Shown one piece after another: positions 20,329 to 28,230 of a stretch of 64,000 nucleotides of DNA. Under the pieces are notes generated by a model. The model saw only the letters and a list, made by a program, of their open reading frames with translations, did no database searches and had not been told where the DNA came from. Position 1 is the stretch's first letter. The number at the start of each line of letters is the position of its first letter. The DNA lies in the IMG/VR virus record IMGVR_UViG_3300031992_000055, positions 29,683 through 93,682 of that record; one strand, written 5' to 3'. The stretch is from a virus (Duplodnaviria > Caudoviricetes). Position numbers and translations under genes: made by a program.

Positions 20329-20478
20329 AATTGTAATGTTGTTTAAAGGGGTTTGACTAATTTTGTTCCCACAGTGATTTCGATATCACATGCCTTCACA
20401 GGTTAAGTGCCACGCTTTTGATGTAATCTCAATGGCTGCTGTGGGAAAAATTTGTAATATTTTGTTGTTGTCTTATTT

Positions 20479-20521
20479 AAAAAAGAAGAGAGGAAAGGTG
20501 TCAATTAAGACACCTTCCTCT
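20479..20521 (-). terminator. Intrinsic terminator
   Basis: AGAGGAAGGTGTC/GACACCTTTCCTCT stem plus U tract. Confidence 0.7.
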
Positions 20522-20545
20522 ATGTCGGTCAGTAGCAAGTGTTAT

Positions 20546-20956
20546 TTACTTGCTCATTGCTGCAAGAGCACGCCAGTTGAAGCCGAGGGACTTGCGCTTG
20601 CTCTGGCCCTGCCTGCACAATACATAAGATTCCATCTGCACTTTGCGAGGCTTTGTGCCATTGGCTTTGGCTTCCTCGTCATACTGTTTCTGGAGCTCAC
20701 GACGTCTTGCCAAGGTCTCCTCATCAGGCTCTGTCTGGCACACCTGTAAGGTGGCATAGTTGGCATTGAGGAATTCCTTTGTCACAGGCTCTTCAAGTCT
20801 GCTTGAGATTGCCACATAGGTGTCTTTCCCTGTCAAAGGGTCGTTGAACACAAGGCACTCTCCATTAGAGGTTTCCTGCACATTGGGGTCACCATGAAGC
20901 ATGCAGAACTGCAGAAAGCTGAATGAATCAATGGGTGAAAAGTTTGTTGTTGCCAT
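20546..20956 (-). CDS. First early gene, hypothetical
   Basis: First ORF after the control region, capsid-like codon usage, own terminator. Confidence 0.7.
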   Translation of the reverse strand: MATTNFSPIDSFSFLQFCMLHGDPNVQETSNGECLVFNDPLTGKDTYVAISSRLEEPVTKEFLNANYATLQVCQTEPDEETLARRRELQKQYDEEAKANGTKPRKVQMESYVLCRQGQSKRKSLGFNWRALAAMSK

Positions 20957-21788
20957 AGTTGTAAATGTATTTTTGGTGGTGTGAATACTAAGTTTATGAA
21001 GAGACCACCACTCTCCACAAACCTTGGTTAAACTATCATTGGTTACTCAGCAATTGCCTTTCGCCAAAATATAGGGGTAGTGGTTTGTGCTTTTGTTTTA
21101 AAATTTTGAGAAGCATTATATTAGAATGTTTCATTAGTCTTGTTAGTTTATGCTCACTTACTATTAGTCTTGTAAGCTTATATTAGAACTGCAATATCCT
21201 TGGATTTGCAGTTGGGAGGGGGGCCTGTCCCACTCCCAAAGTATAGGGGTGGTGGTTTGTGCTTTATACCTTCTCTTTAACCATACTTCCTGTTTTAAAT
21301 TTCTGCCCCTTTTTCCATTTTGTTTTTAATGCTTTTATTTATATTTTTCTTTTTCTAAATCATTCCCCCATATTTACCCCCCCCCTACCACTGCTGCTGT
21401 TTAAATTGCCTCTAAGATGCTTTCTCAATTTTAATTTATATTTTTATAATGCAAACTATACACATAAAAACAGTAAAAGTAGGCTTCAATTATTTGCATT
21501 TTAATGGGCAAAATTTTGCATTATCTTCTTTTTATTTATTCAAAGAGAAATAGAAAAAGGGAAAGAAAGAAATATATAAAGAAAGAAAGGGAAAAAGAAA
21601 AGAGAAAGTATAGGGGGGGGGGAATATCCCAAAAATAAAAATGGGGGAGGGGATATTTATAAAAATAAAAAGGAAGCTTCACAGCTTCCTTTTCCCCTAA
21701 AATAATTAACCAAAATCTTAATAAATCACTAAAAACCTAAATCAACATCAAAGGCCCTTACAAAAAGGCTAAGAGCTACCTAATATAA
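20957..21788. other. Non-coding control region (candidate terminal-repeat junction, origin or early promoters)
   Basis: No credible ORF. Contains a 24-nt direct repeat, G/C homopolymers and a pyrimidine-to-purine strand switch. Confidence 0.55.
21070..21265 (-). repeat. 24-nt direct repeat TATAGGGGT(A/G)GTGGTTTGTGCTTT (21070-21093, 21242-21265)
   Basis: 23/24 identical; upstream of the early genes. Confidence 0.85.
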
Positions 21789-22250
21789 CTATTTTATTGT
21801 TAATGTTATTTTTTCTCCCTTCTTCAATGCTGGCATTACATGCTCATCCATCAGTTTATAATAGTATATTGTAGATTGAAGAACCTTTCCTTTCTGAAGA
21901 TTTCTTCCTACAGCTATACATCCAAGAGAATCTTCTGCTGTATTAAAGGGATGTATTCTTACTCCTTGGTATCCCTTTACATCCATTATCTCTAGCACTT
22001 TCCCTCCATACTTTCTGGCAAAAGCTCTATTTGCAAACTTAGGAGAGTAGGTCATCTTTACTTCATAAGTACCTGTTGGAATAGCTGTCTTACCATAGAT
22101 CTTCTTTGCTTTAATCTCATTGATAGGCATTGTGCTCATAAGGCCTCTGTCTTTATCCTCACAGGTCTCTGAGAACTTTACATTATTGATAAAACACTCT
22201 CCAATAGTGTAAGTATCTTTCTTCCAACGTCTATTTATCAATATCTCCAT
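21789..22250 (-). CDS. Putative endolysin (DUF5675-like)
   Basis: TIG...TCED...TAIPTGTY...GVRIHPFNTAEDSLGCIAVG. Confidence 0.75.
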   Translation of the reverse strand: MEILINRRWKKDTYTIGECFINNVKFSETCEDKDRGLMSTMPINEIKAKKIYGKTAIPTGTYEVKMTYSPKFANRAFARKYGGKVLEIMDVKGYQGVRIHPFNTAEDSLGCIAVGRNLQKGKVLQSTIYYYKLMDEHVMPALKKGEKITLTIK

Positions 22251-22614
22251 CAGTGCTACCTTTTGACTTTTTCTTAGGAGTTGATTCTACAGAACCTAAA
22301 TACTTTATCATCTGCATCTGCAAAGTACTTAATTGACTTTTGAGACTATCATTTTCTTTTTGCAAGTATTCTATCTTTTCATTGAGAGATAGTATAGTCT
22401 CTTCAAATCTTTGCTTTTGTGCAGCCATTGATTCTTCCATTGTCTTTTTATATAATTCAAATGAAGCATTTTGATTCTCAATATGCTGACTTTCTACTTC
22501 TGTATTATACTTTCTTCTTGTGAATATAAATGTTACCCAACTTGAGACTGTAGTACAGAACAGTCCCACTAATGCTATAATAATTTCTGCTCCCATCTCT
22601 TTTAGTTTTTGCAA
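22231..22614 (-). CDS. Holin-like membrane protein
   Basis: N-terminal TM segment plus coiled coil, directly upstream of the endolysin. Confidence 0.6.
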   Translation of the reverse strand: MQKLKEMGAEIIIALVGLFCTTVSSWVTFIFTRRKYNTEVESQHIENQNASFELYKKTMEESMAAQKQRFEETILSLNEKIEYLQKENDSLKSQLSTLQMQMIKYLGSVESTPKKKSKGSTDGDIDK

Positions 22615-22736
22615 ATGTACTCATAATATTGACATAATATTTAGACATTACAAAAAGACTAAGGTTAATAACCTGTATTATTAATATGTACTCTTAAGAA
22701 GTTTCTATGTAGTACTTTTGCATAAACAAAAATAGA

Positions 22737-23339
22737 ATGAAGCAGATAGTATTTATATTGGTGTTTATTCTGGGGTTAGCTCTAGTCCTTGCTGTTAAGC
22801 AGATAGAGATACTTGATAAGAAGTGGAAAGATGCCACTATAAACATGAAGGCATATAGTGCTCAGTTAGATGCAAGCAAGAAGGATAATGTAGCATTTCA
22901 AATGACTATAGATCAGTTGAGATACTATGGAGATTCCATCATGAGGGAACTTGATAAGACTAAGAAGGAACTCAATGTTAAGGATAAAAACACTATAGCT
23001 CTTCAGTATGTAGGTTCTACATTTACTAAGAGTGATACTGTCATGTTAAGAGATACTGTATTCAAGGAACCTGCTTTTGCTTTAGATACTACTCTTGAAG
23101 ATCAGTGGTATTCTATGAGAATAGGCCTTAGTTATCCTTCTACTGTAGCTGTATCTCCTAGATTCCATAGTGAGAAGCATATTATAGTATCCTCTAAGAA
23201 GGAAACAGTGAATCCTCCTAAGAAGTTTTTTCTTTTAAGGTGGTTTCAGAAGAAGCATAGGGTAGTCAAGGTAGATGTTATAGAGAAGAATCCTTATGTT
23301 AAGGATGAAGAGAATACGTATATTCACATAGTCAAATGA
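22737..23339 (+). CDS. Spanin-like protein
   Basis: N-terminal TM, coiled coil, C-terminal KKFFLLRWF motif; next to the lysis genes. Confidence 0.6.
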   Translation: MKQIVFILVFILGLALVLAVKQIEILDKKWKDATINMKAYSAQLDASKKDNVAFQMTIDQLRYYGDSIMRELDKTKKELNVKDKNTIALQYVGSTFTKSDTVMLRDTVFKEPAFALDTTLEDQWYSMRIGLSYPSTVAVSPRFHSEKHIIVSSKKETVNPPKKFFLLRWFQKKHRVVKVDVIEKNPYVKDEENTYIHIVK

Positions 23340-23380
23340 TCATAGTGATTTAATAGTTGTTGTTAAGTTAAGATTTTATG

Positions 23381-24562
23381 TTAACTTGTTTCGTGTGTCA
23401 TTTTTTCTCCCTTGCTTGTGAAAGTGGGGGAGTTTTTTATTGCCTTCACTACAGTCTCATCTAACAGTTTAGCATATATTTGCTCTGTTATCCTTGTAGA
23501 TGAATGTCCGCATATTCTTGCTATTATCTTCATATCTATACCTTCATTCAATAACATAGTTGCTCCTGTGTGTCTAGCCCAATGAGAGCTTATTGGTTTA
23601 TCTACTCCTGAAGCCTGGGCAACTACTTTGAGATACTCATTGTACTTGACATTGCTTATGATAGGTAATGTTTGATTATACTTATCTAGTATTCTTAAGG
23701 CGTCTTGTACTAAGGGTATAGTGAAAGGTTTATCAGTCTTCTTTCTTTTCCCTATGTATACCTTCGTCCCCTCTAACTCTGTTACATCATTATATTTAAA
23801 TCTTACAAGGTCAGAATAGGATAAACAAGTATAGGTTTGGAATATAAATAAATCTCTTACTCTCTCAAGGCACTTAGTTGGTAATATAGAAGTCTTTATC
23901 TTGTAGAACTCTTCTTCAGTCAGGTATCTTGATGTGTGAATGTTCTTGCCTTTATTGATGTTTACCCAGTTATATGGATTCTTATTAAGTAAACCATCTT
24001 TAAGGGCATCAAGAATAAAAGAGTTCAAGAACCTGTGATAATTGTTCCATTTACTATATATCTTCATTTCTTTACTTTCTAAATATCTATCATAGGCAAT
24101 TATGTTAATCTCATTGACATCTTCAAAGTATATAATTTTTCCCCACTCTTCAAAGAATCTAAGGAACCTATTATATCTTTCTTGGCTATCTTTGGACTTT
24201 CCATATTTCCTTATCTCTGCTCTAGTCTTACAGAAAGCCAGGAAAGAAATGTTCTTTTCCTTCAAGAGTTCCATTCTTCTGGGAATATCAGATAGGGTAA
24301 TATTGCCTTCTTCAGACATTGTTAAGAGAACTTGTCTGATCTTGGATAGTAAAGACTCTATTAAGTCATTATACTTAGAAGCATCTGGAGTATTTATAAC
24401 TTTATCTTTTCTCCATTGATTAGGATATACTCTGATGCCTGTACTCAGATACTTTTGTTTGTAATTATAGGTTATACGTATTTCTATGGTAGCCTTTTTC
24501 TTTGAGGAGGCTTTCTTGTATCTGTCATAGATAAGACAGATTTGAGGAAAATGGTTAATCAT
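23381..24562 (-). CDS. int: Tyrosine integrase (Bacteroidota type)
   Basis: Arm-binding N-terminus (IEIRITYN..YLSTGI), TCLSYSDL, KKT, HWARHT, GHSS..TEQIYA. Confidence 0.93.
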   Translation of the reverse strand: MINHFPQICLIYDRYKKASSKKKATIEIRITYNYKQKYLSTGIRVYPNQWRKDKVINTPDASKYNDLIESLLSKIRQVLLTMSEEGNITLSDIPRRMELLKEKNISFLAFCKTRAEIRKYGKSKDSQERYNRFLRFFEEWGKIIYFEDVNEINIIAYDRYLESKEMKIYSKWNNYHRFLNSFILDALKDGLLNKNPYNWVNINKGKNIHTSRYLTEEEFYKIKTSILPTKCLERVRDLFIFQTYTCLSYSDLVRFKYNDVTELEGTKVYIGKRKKTDKPFTIPLVQDALRILDKYNQTLPIISNVKYNEYLKVVAQASGVDKPISSHWARHTGATMLLNEGIDMKIIARICGHSSTRITEQIYAKLLDETVVKAIKNSPTFTSKGEKMTHETS

Positions 24563-24669
24563 TGTTAAATGTAATTGGTAAGGTTAAGTGTCAGCAGTGG
24601 TAGTGTAAATATGTAATAAAAGAAAAGTATACTATAATAAATGTGTATATGATAATATATGCCAATGAC

Positions 24670-24700
24670 CAAAAAAGAGAGCCATAGAAGGCTCTCTTTT
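24670..24700 (-). terminator. Terminator following the att-embedded tRNA 3' end
   Basis: AAAAGAGAGCC/GGCTCTCTTTT hairpin plus U tract. Confidence 0.75.
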
Positions 24701-24708
24701 AGATTTTG

Positions 24709-24751
24709 CGGAAGGTGAGGGATTCAAACCCCCGATACCCGAAAGGGGTAT
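24709..24751 (-). other. attP candidate: 3' half of a tRNA-Ser
   Basis: ATACCCCTTTCGGGTAT (variable arm), CGGGGGTTTGAATCCCTC (T arm), ACCTTCCG (acceptor, G73). No 5' half; ~150 nt upstream of int. Confidence 0.8.
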
Positions 24752-24931
24752 ATTTTATTGAGAACCAATTGCTTATATAATTCTTAATAAAATGATACTA
24801 CGGAGGATATAATGAATACATAATAAATAGGTTTAAAAGGATTATAATAGATGGTAAAGCAAAGATAAATAATCCATATGAAACTTCCAAGGTATAATTT
24901 TAAAAAATATTGTATTTTTTTAAGTTGAAAA

Positions 24932-24963
24932 TTTGGAAGTATAAATGGAAATGTATATCTTTG
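24932..24963 (+). promoter_or_regulatory. Canonical Bacteroidota sigma70 promoter
   Basis: TTTG-N20-TATCTTTG; a divergent CTTG-N20-TATCTTTG lies on the minus strand at 24891-24860. Confidence 0.7.
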
Positions 24964-25090
24964 TGGAGTCTTAAATAACAGATACTTTAACCTATCAAGT
25001 CACTATAATAGAGATACATATTTAGTTTGACTAAAGTATTACTTTAAGTGATTTTGTCCTAAATTATAAACTAATTTAAACTACTGTAAT

Positions 25091-25291
25091 ATGAAGAAGT
25101 TTCCAACAAGTGAAAAAGAGTGGCAGGCAGAAAGTGATGCCAGGACTCTAGCAGAATACCAAAAGATAATGGGAGATAAAGATAGAATGAGCAGGGCTCT
25201 TAAAATTGCTAAAAGGGAAGCTGCTCGTTATAGGGAGCAGGCTGATGCTATGGATAAAGTTGTAGGAAGTAGACCCAGAAGAAAAAAGTAA
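25091..25291 (+). CDS. Small basic protein
   Basis: WQAESDARTL motif; first rightward gene after the promoter. Confidence 0.65.
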   Translation: MKKFPTSEKEWQAESDARTLAEYQKIMGDKDRMSRALKIAKREAARYREQADAMDKVVGSRPRRKK

Positions 25292-25295
25292 TGAT

Positions 25296-25472
25296 ATGCC
25301 ACAGAAGAAAGAGAAAAAAGAATTGGCTATTATTCAAGCCCATTCTCTAAGAGACTTGCTTAATCAAGTAAATGAAGTTAATTTCAATGATAGCAAACCT
25401 ACTATAATGAGGGATGATATTATTGGATTACAAAAAATCGACGATACTTATTTTCTTTTATATTTTAGATAA
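25296..25472 (+). CDS. Small hypothetical protein (58 aa, not in ORF track)
   Basis: MPQKKEKKELAIIQAHSLRDLLNQVN...YFLLYFR fills the gap. Confidence 0.6.
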   Translation: MPQKKEKKELAIIQAHSLRDLLNQVNEVNFNDSKPTIMRDDIIGLQKIDDTYFLLYFR

Positions 25473-25488
25473 ATAAAAGGAGGAGCCT

Positions 25489-25911
25489 ATGTGTAGTCAA
25501 GAGAAGAGGAAAGAATATGACGAAGAACCTGTCAAGTACTGCACTAACTGCTACTCTTTAAAGATAAAATATGAAGAGACTATAGATAGCGATTGTTGTG
25601 CAAATTGTGGATGTCTCAGTATAAGAGAATCTAATATAAGGGAATGGGAGAAGTTATACGAGAAAAAATATGGAAAAAAATTTGTTGAAGATACCTGTAA
25701 TCTAAAGCAATCAGCATACTTCAATATGCCTATCTCAAAGCTAAAGAAAAAGGTATTTGAAAGCAAAAACTTTGATACTATTCTCAAAACACTTTATCCT
25801 AATTTTCCTGGAGGATATAGTAAAGCTGATTCTGTCATATTACTATTTGACAAGCTTTCTAAAGATAACAAGTTAGATGAATTACGTTTATTATTATTAA
25901 AATTGAACTAA
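25489..25911 (+). CDS. Zn-finger protein
   Basis: EPVKYCTNCYSLKI...CANCG. Confidence 0.7.
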   Translation: MCSQEKRKEYDEEPVKYCTNCYSLKIKYEETIDSDCCANCGCLSIRESNIREWEKLYEKKYGKKFVEDTCNLKQSAYFNMPISKLKKKVFESKNFDTILKTLYPNFPGGYSKADSVILLFDKLSKDNKLDELRLLLLKLN

Positions 25912-25915
25912 GGCA

Positions 25916-26206
25916 ATGGAAGAGAAGAAAACAATTACAACTGAGAATGTTCAAGAGAACAATCAGAAATTGAGTTATGAACAGCTTAATGAGGCCTGCT
26001 CTCAACTTTATCAGCAGAATCAAAATTTGCTTAGACAGTTGCAGCAGGCTAATCTTACTAACATGTTTAAAAGATTAGATTATCTTTTTAATGTATTAAA
26101 TTATAATAGTTTGTTTGATGCTGATTTTGTATATGATTGTGTAAAAGAGATAAAAGAAGCTCTTACTGTTGATCAGCCAGAAGAAAAAAAGATTAAGGAG
26201 GAGTAA
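25916..26206 (+). CDS. Coiled-coil hypothetical protein
   Basis: KLSYEQL...RLDYLF. Confidence 0.65.
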   Translation: MEEKKTITTENVQENNQKLSYEQLNEACSQLYQQNQNLLRQLQQANLTNMFKRLDYLFNVLNYNSLFDADFVYDCVKEIKEALTVDQPEEKKIKEE

Positions 26207-26208
26207 TC

Positions 26209-26640
26209 ATGGATGAGGCCAATACTGACAAAAAGATAATTAAGAGGCAGTTAAGGCCAAATAATGTAGTGGCTGTTCCTACAACCTTTGGCACTGAATT
26301 CTTTAAATGGTGGTGCATATTTCTCAGGCCATTTATTAATCTCACAGATAGAGAAGTTCAAGTAATTTCCTGTTTCCTTAAAGAGAGATATGAACTCTCT
26401 AAGTATATTTCAGATGCAGGTATTCTTGATAAAATGGTAATGAGTGAAGATACTAGGCAGAAAGTACAAAAGGAATGCAAAATATCTTCTCAGCATCTAT
26501 GTGTAGTACTTAATAAACTGAGAAAAAACAAAGTGATTATAGACAACATGATTAATCCTAGATTAATACCTAATATTAGAACAGATGATAATGGATGTTT
26601 TCAATTGCTTATTCTGTTTAAGGAGAAAGAAGAGAAATGA
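26209..26640 (+). CDS. Winged-HTH-like protein
   Basis: LTDREVQV...LNKLRKNKVI. Confidence 0.55.
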   Translation: MDEANTDKKIIKRQLRPNNVVAVPTTFGTEFFKWWCIFLRPFINLTDREVQVISCFLKERYELSKYISDAGILDKMVMSEDTRQKVQKECKISSQHLCVVLNKLRKNKVIIDNMINPRLIPNIRTDDNGCFQLLILFKEKEEK

Positions 26641-26894
26641 CATTAAATGATGTTTTTAAAATAGTATCTGATGATGTAGGATTATCTAAAGCAGAAGTAG
26701 AAAAGATATATAAGGCTTATTGGAAAGCAATAAGAGAACATATTACTTCTATTCCTTTAAAAGAAGATCTTACAGAGGAAGAATTTGAAGATTATCGTCC
26801 TAATGTTAATATTCCGTCTATAGGTAAACTTTATGTGACCTTTGATAAGTATAAGAAAAGAAGAGATATAGTAAAAGGAGTACTTGGAGAATGA
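26637..26894 (+). CDS. IHF/HU-like DNA-binding protein
   Basis: VSDDVGLSKAEVEKI...NIPSIGKLYV. Confidence 0.6.
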   Translation: MTLNDVFKIVSDDVGLSKAEVEKIYKAYWKAIREHITSIPLKEDLTEEEFEDYRPNVNIPSIGKLYVTFDKYKKRRDIVKGVLGE

Positions 26895-27307
26895 TACATA
26901 TTAAAAAAATAAAACCTCTATTTACCACTGTAATTACTACAGGAGATAAGTTTGAACAGGATATGGTTGATGGAGGTATTATCATAGCTAAAAAAGGAGA
27001 CCTTAAATTATGGCAGAAAGTTATAGCAACAGGTTCTGCTGTAAGAGATATCAATGTTGGAGACATGGTGATGATTAATGCAGATCACTTTGCCTTCAAG
27101 AAATATGATAAGAACTCTATTCAGAATGACTTGGATAACAATCCTACATTAGGATATCACTTTAATTGGGTGACTATAGATAATGAAAAAGGAGAGCCTG
27201 AAGAATGCCTGCTCTTAAATGATAGAGATATTATGTATGTCTTTGAAGGAGAAGAAAAGGAAGATTCTATAATAGTTCCCTCAACCAACAAAATAATACT
27301 AAGCTAA
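26891..27307 (+). CDS. GroES/Cpn10-like co-chaperonin
   Basis: IKPLFTTV..GGIII..KVIATGSAVRDINVGDMV..LLLNDRDI. Confidence 0.75.
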   Translation: MIHIKKIKPLFTTVITTGDKFEQDMVDGGIIIAKKGDLKLWQKVIATGSAVRDINVGDMVMINADHFAFKKYDKNSIQNDLDNNPTLGYHFNWVTIDNEKGEPEECLLLNDRDIMYVFEGEEKEDSIIVPSTNKIILS

Positions 27308-27308
27308 T

Positions 27309-27500
27309 ATGAAAGATATAAAGGTGAACTCTTCAGGAGGAGTAGGATTTTGGGGACTTCTTACTATAGTATTTATAGTATTGAAACTTACCCATGTTAT
27401 TGACTGGTCTTGGTGGTTAGTATTATCTCCTATTATTATAGGATTTGTCTTGACTATTGTAATAGCGTTGCTAGTTATCATATTTTCTAATTTAAGGTAG
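27309..27500 (+). CDS. Small two-TM membrane protein
   Basis: GGVGFWGLLTIVFIVLKLTHVIDWSWWLVLSP. Confidence 0.7.
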   Translation: MKDIKVNSSGGVGFWGLLTIVFIVLKLTHVIDWSWWLVLSPIIIGFVLTIVIALLVIIFSNLR

Positions 27501-27519
27501 AAGATTGTTTGGGAGAAGG

Positions 27520-27550
27520 AGCCTGAGCCTATTACAGGCTTAGGCTTTTT
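27520..27550 (+). terminator. Intrinsic terminator
   Basis: AGCCTGAGCCT/AGGCTTAGGCT plus T tract. Confidence 0.75.
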
Positions 27551-27585
27551 AATTATACCTTATAATATATATAGGAGATTATAAA

Positions 27586-28140
27586 ATGAAGTTAATAAAG
27601 GTTGAAGACTATCAATTAAAGGTAGCAGATGAGGCCTTGCTTGTTAAGCCTTTCAGAAAACTTTGGAATATGGATAGATCTCAAGGCAAGGAACAGTTCT
27701 ATAAACAAATGTCTTTGCTCTACTATGTTTATTCTCCTTCTTCTAACTATTCTTATATAGTAGATGAGAAGGCTAGAATGAAAGAGGTAATGGAGCAAGA
27801 GGATATTCGAGATATCAAAAACAATACTGAATTTAAGGCTGCTGTTGAAGTATATAAGAAGCTTGTGAAGACTGCTTCCAGTGAACTGCTTACTGATGTT
27901 AGAATGACTATAGATAAAGTCAGACAGGCTTTGAATAGTATTAACTTTGATGACTTGGAAGAGAAAGACAAGGTAACTGCTCTTAATACTGTTACATCTA
28001 TAGTTAGTAAAATACCTAAGCTTGTAAAAGATCTTTCAGAAGCAGAAAAAGCAGTAGCAAAAGAGTTAGAGGAACAGAATACTGCTAGAGGCTCTCAGGA
28101 GCTTACAGTAGGTGATATATGGTCAGGACAAGGTCTATAG
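27586..28140 (+). CDS. crAss-like protein (possible terminase small subunit)
   Basis: Helical protein ending ARGSQE; resembles the gene I recall preceding terL in crAss-like phages. Confidence 0.5.
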   Translation: MKLIKVEDYQLKVADEALLVKPFRKLWNMDRSQGKEQFYKQMSLLYYVYSPSSNYSYIVDEKARMKEVMEQEDIRDIKNNTEFKAAVEVYKKLVKTASSELLTDVRMTIDKVRQALNSINFDDLEEKDKVTALNTVTSIVSKIPKLVKDLSEAEKAVAKELEEQNTARGSQELTVGDIWSGQGL

Positions 28141-28230
28141 TAAATAGTAGATTTAAGTGTTTATAAGTAAGGGGTTAAGGCATTTGGAGACATTCTCTGG
28201 ATGCCTTAATTTTGTGAAAAATTTTATATT

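Noticed and set aside
21259-21504. 81-aa hydrophobic ORF in the control region
   Set aside because: Arises from T-rich low-complexity sequence with a GTG start.
24709-24790. Complete tRNA-Ser gene
   Set aside because: Only the variable arm, T arm and 3' acceptor strand are present; interpreted as attP.
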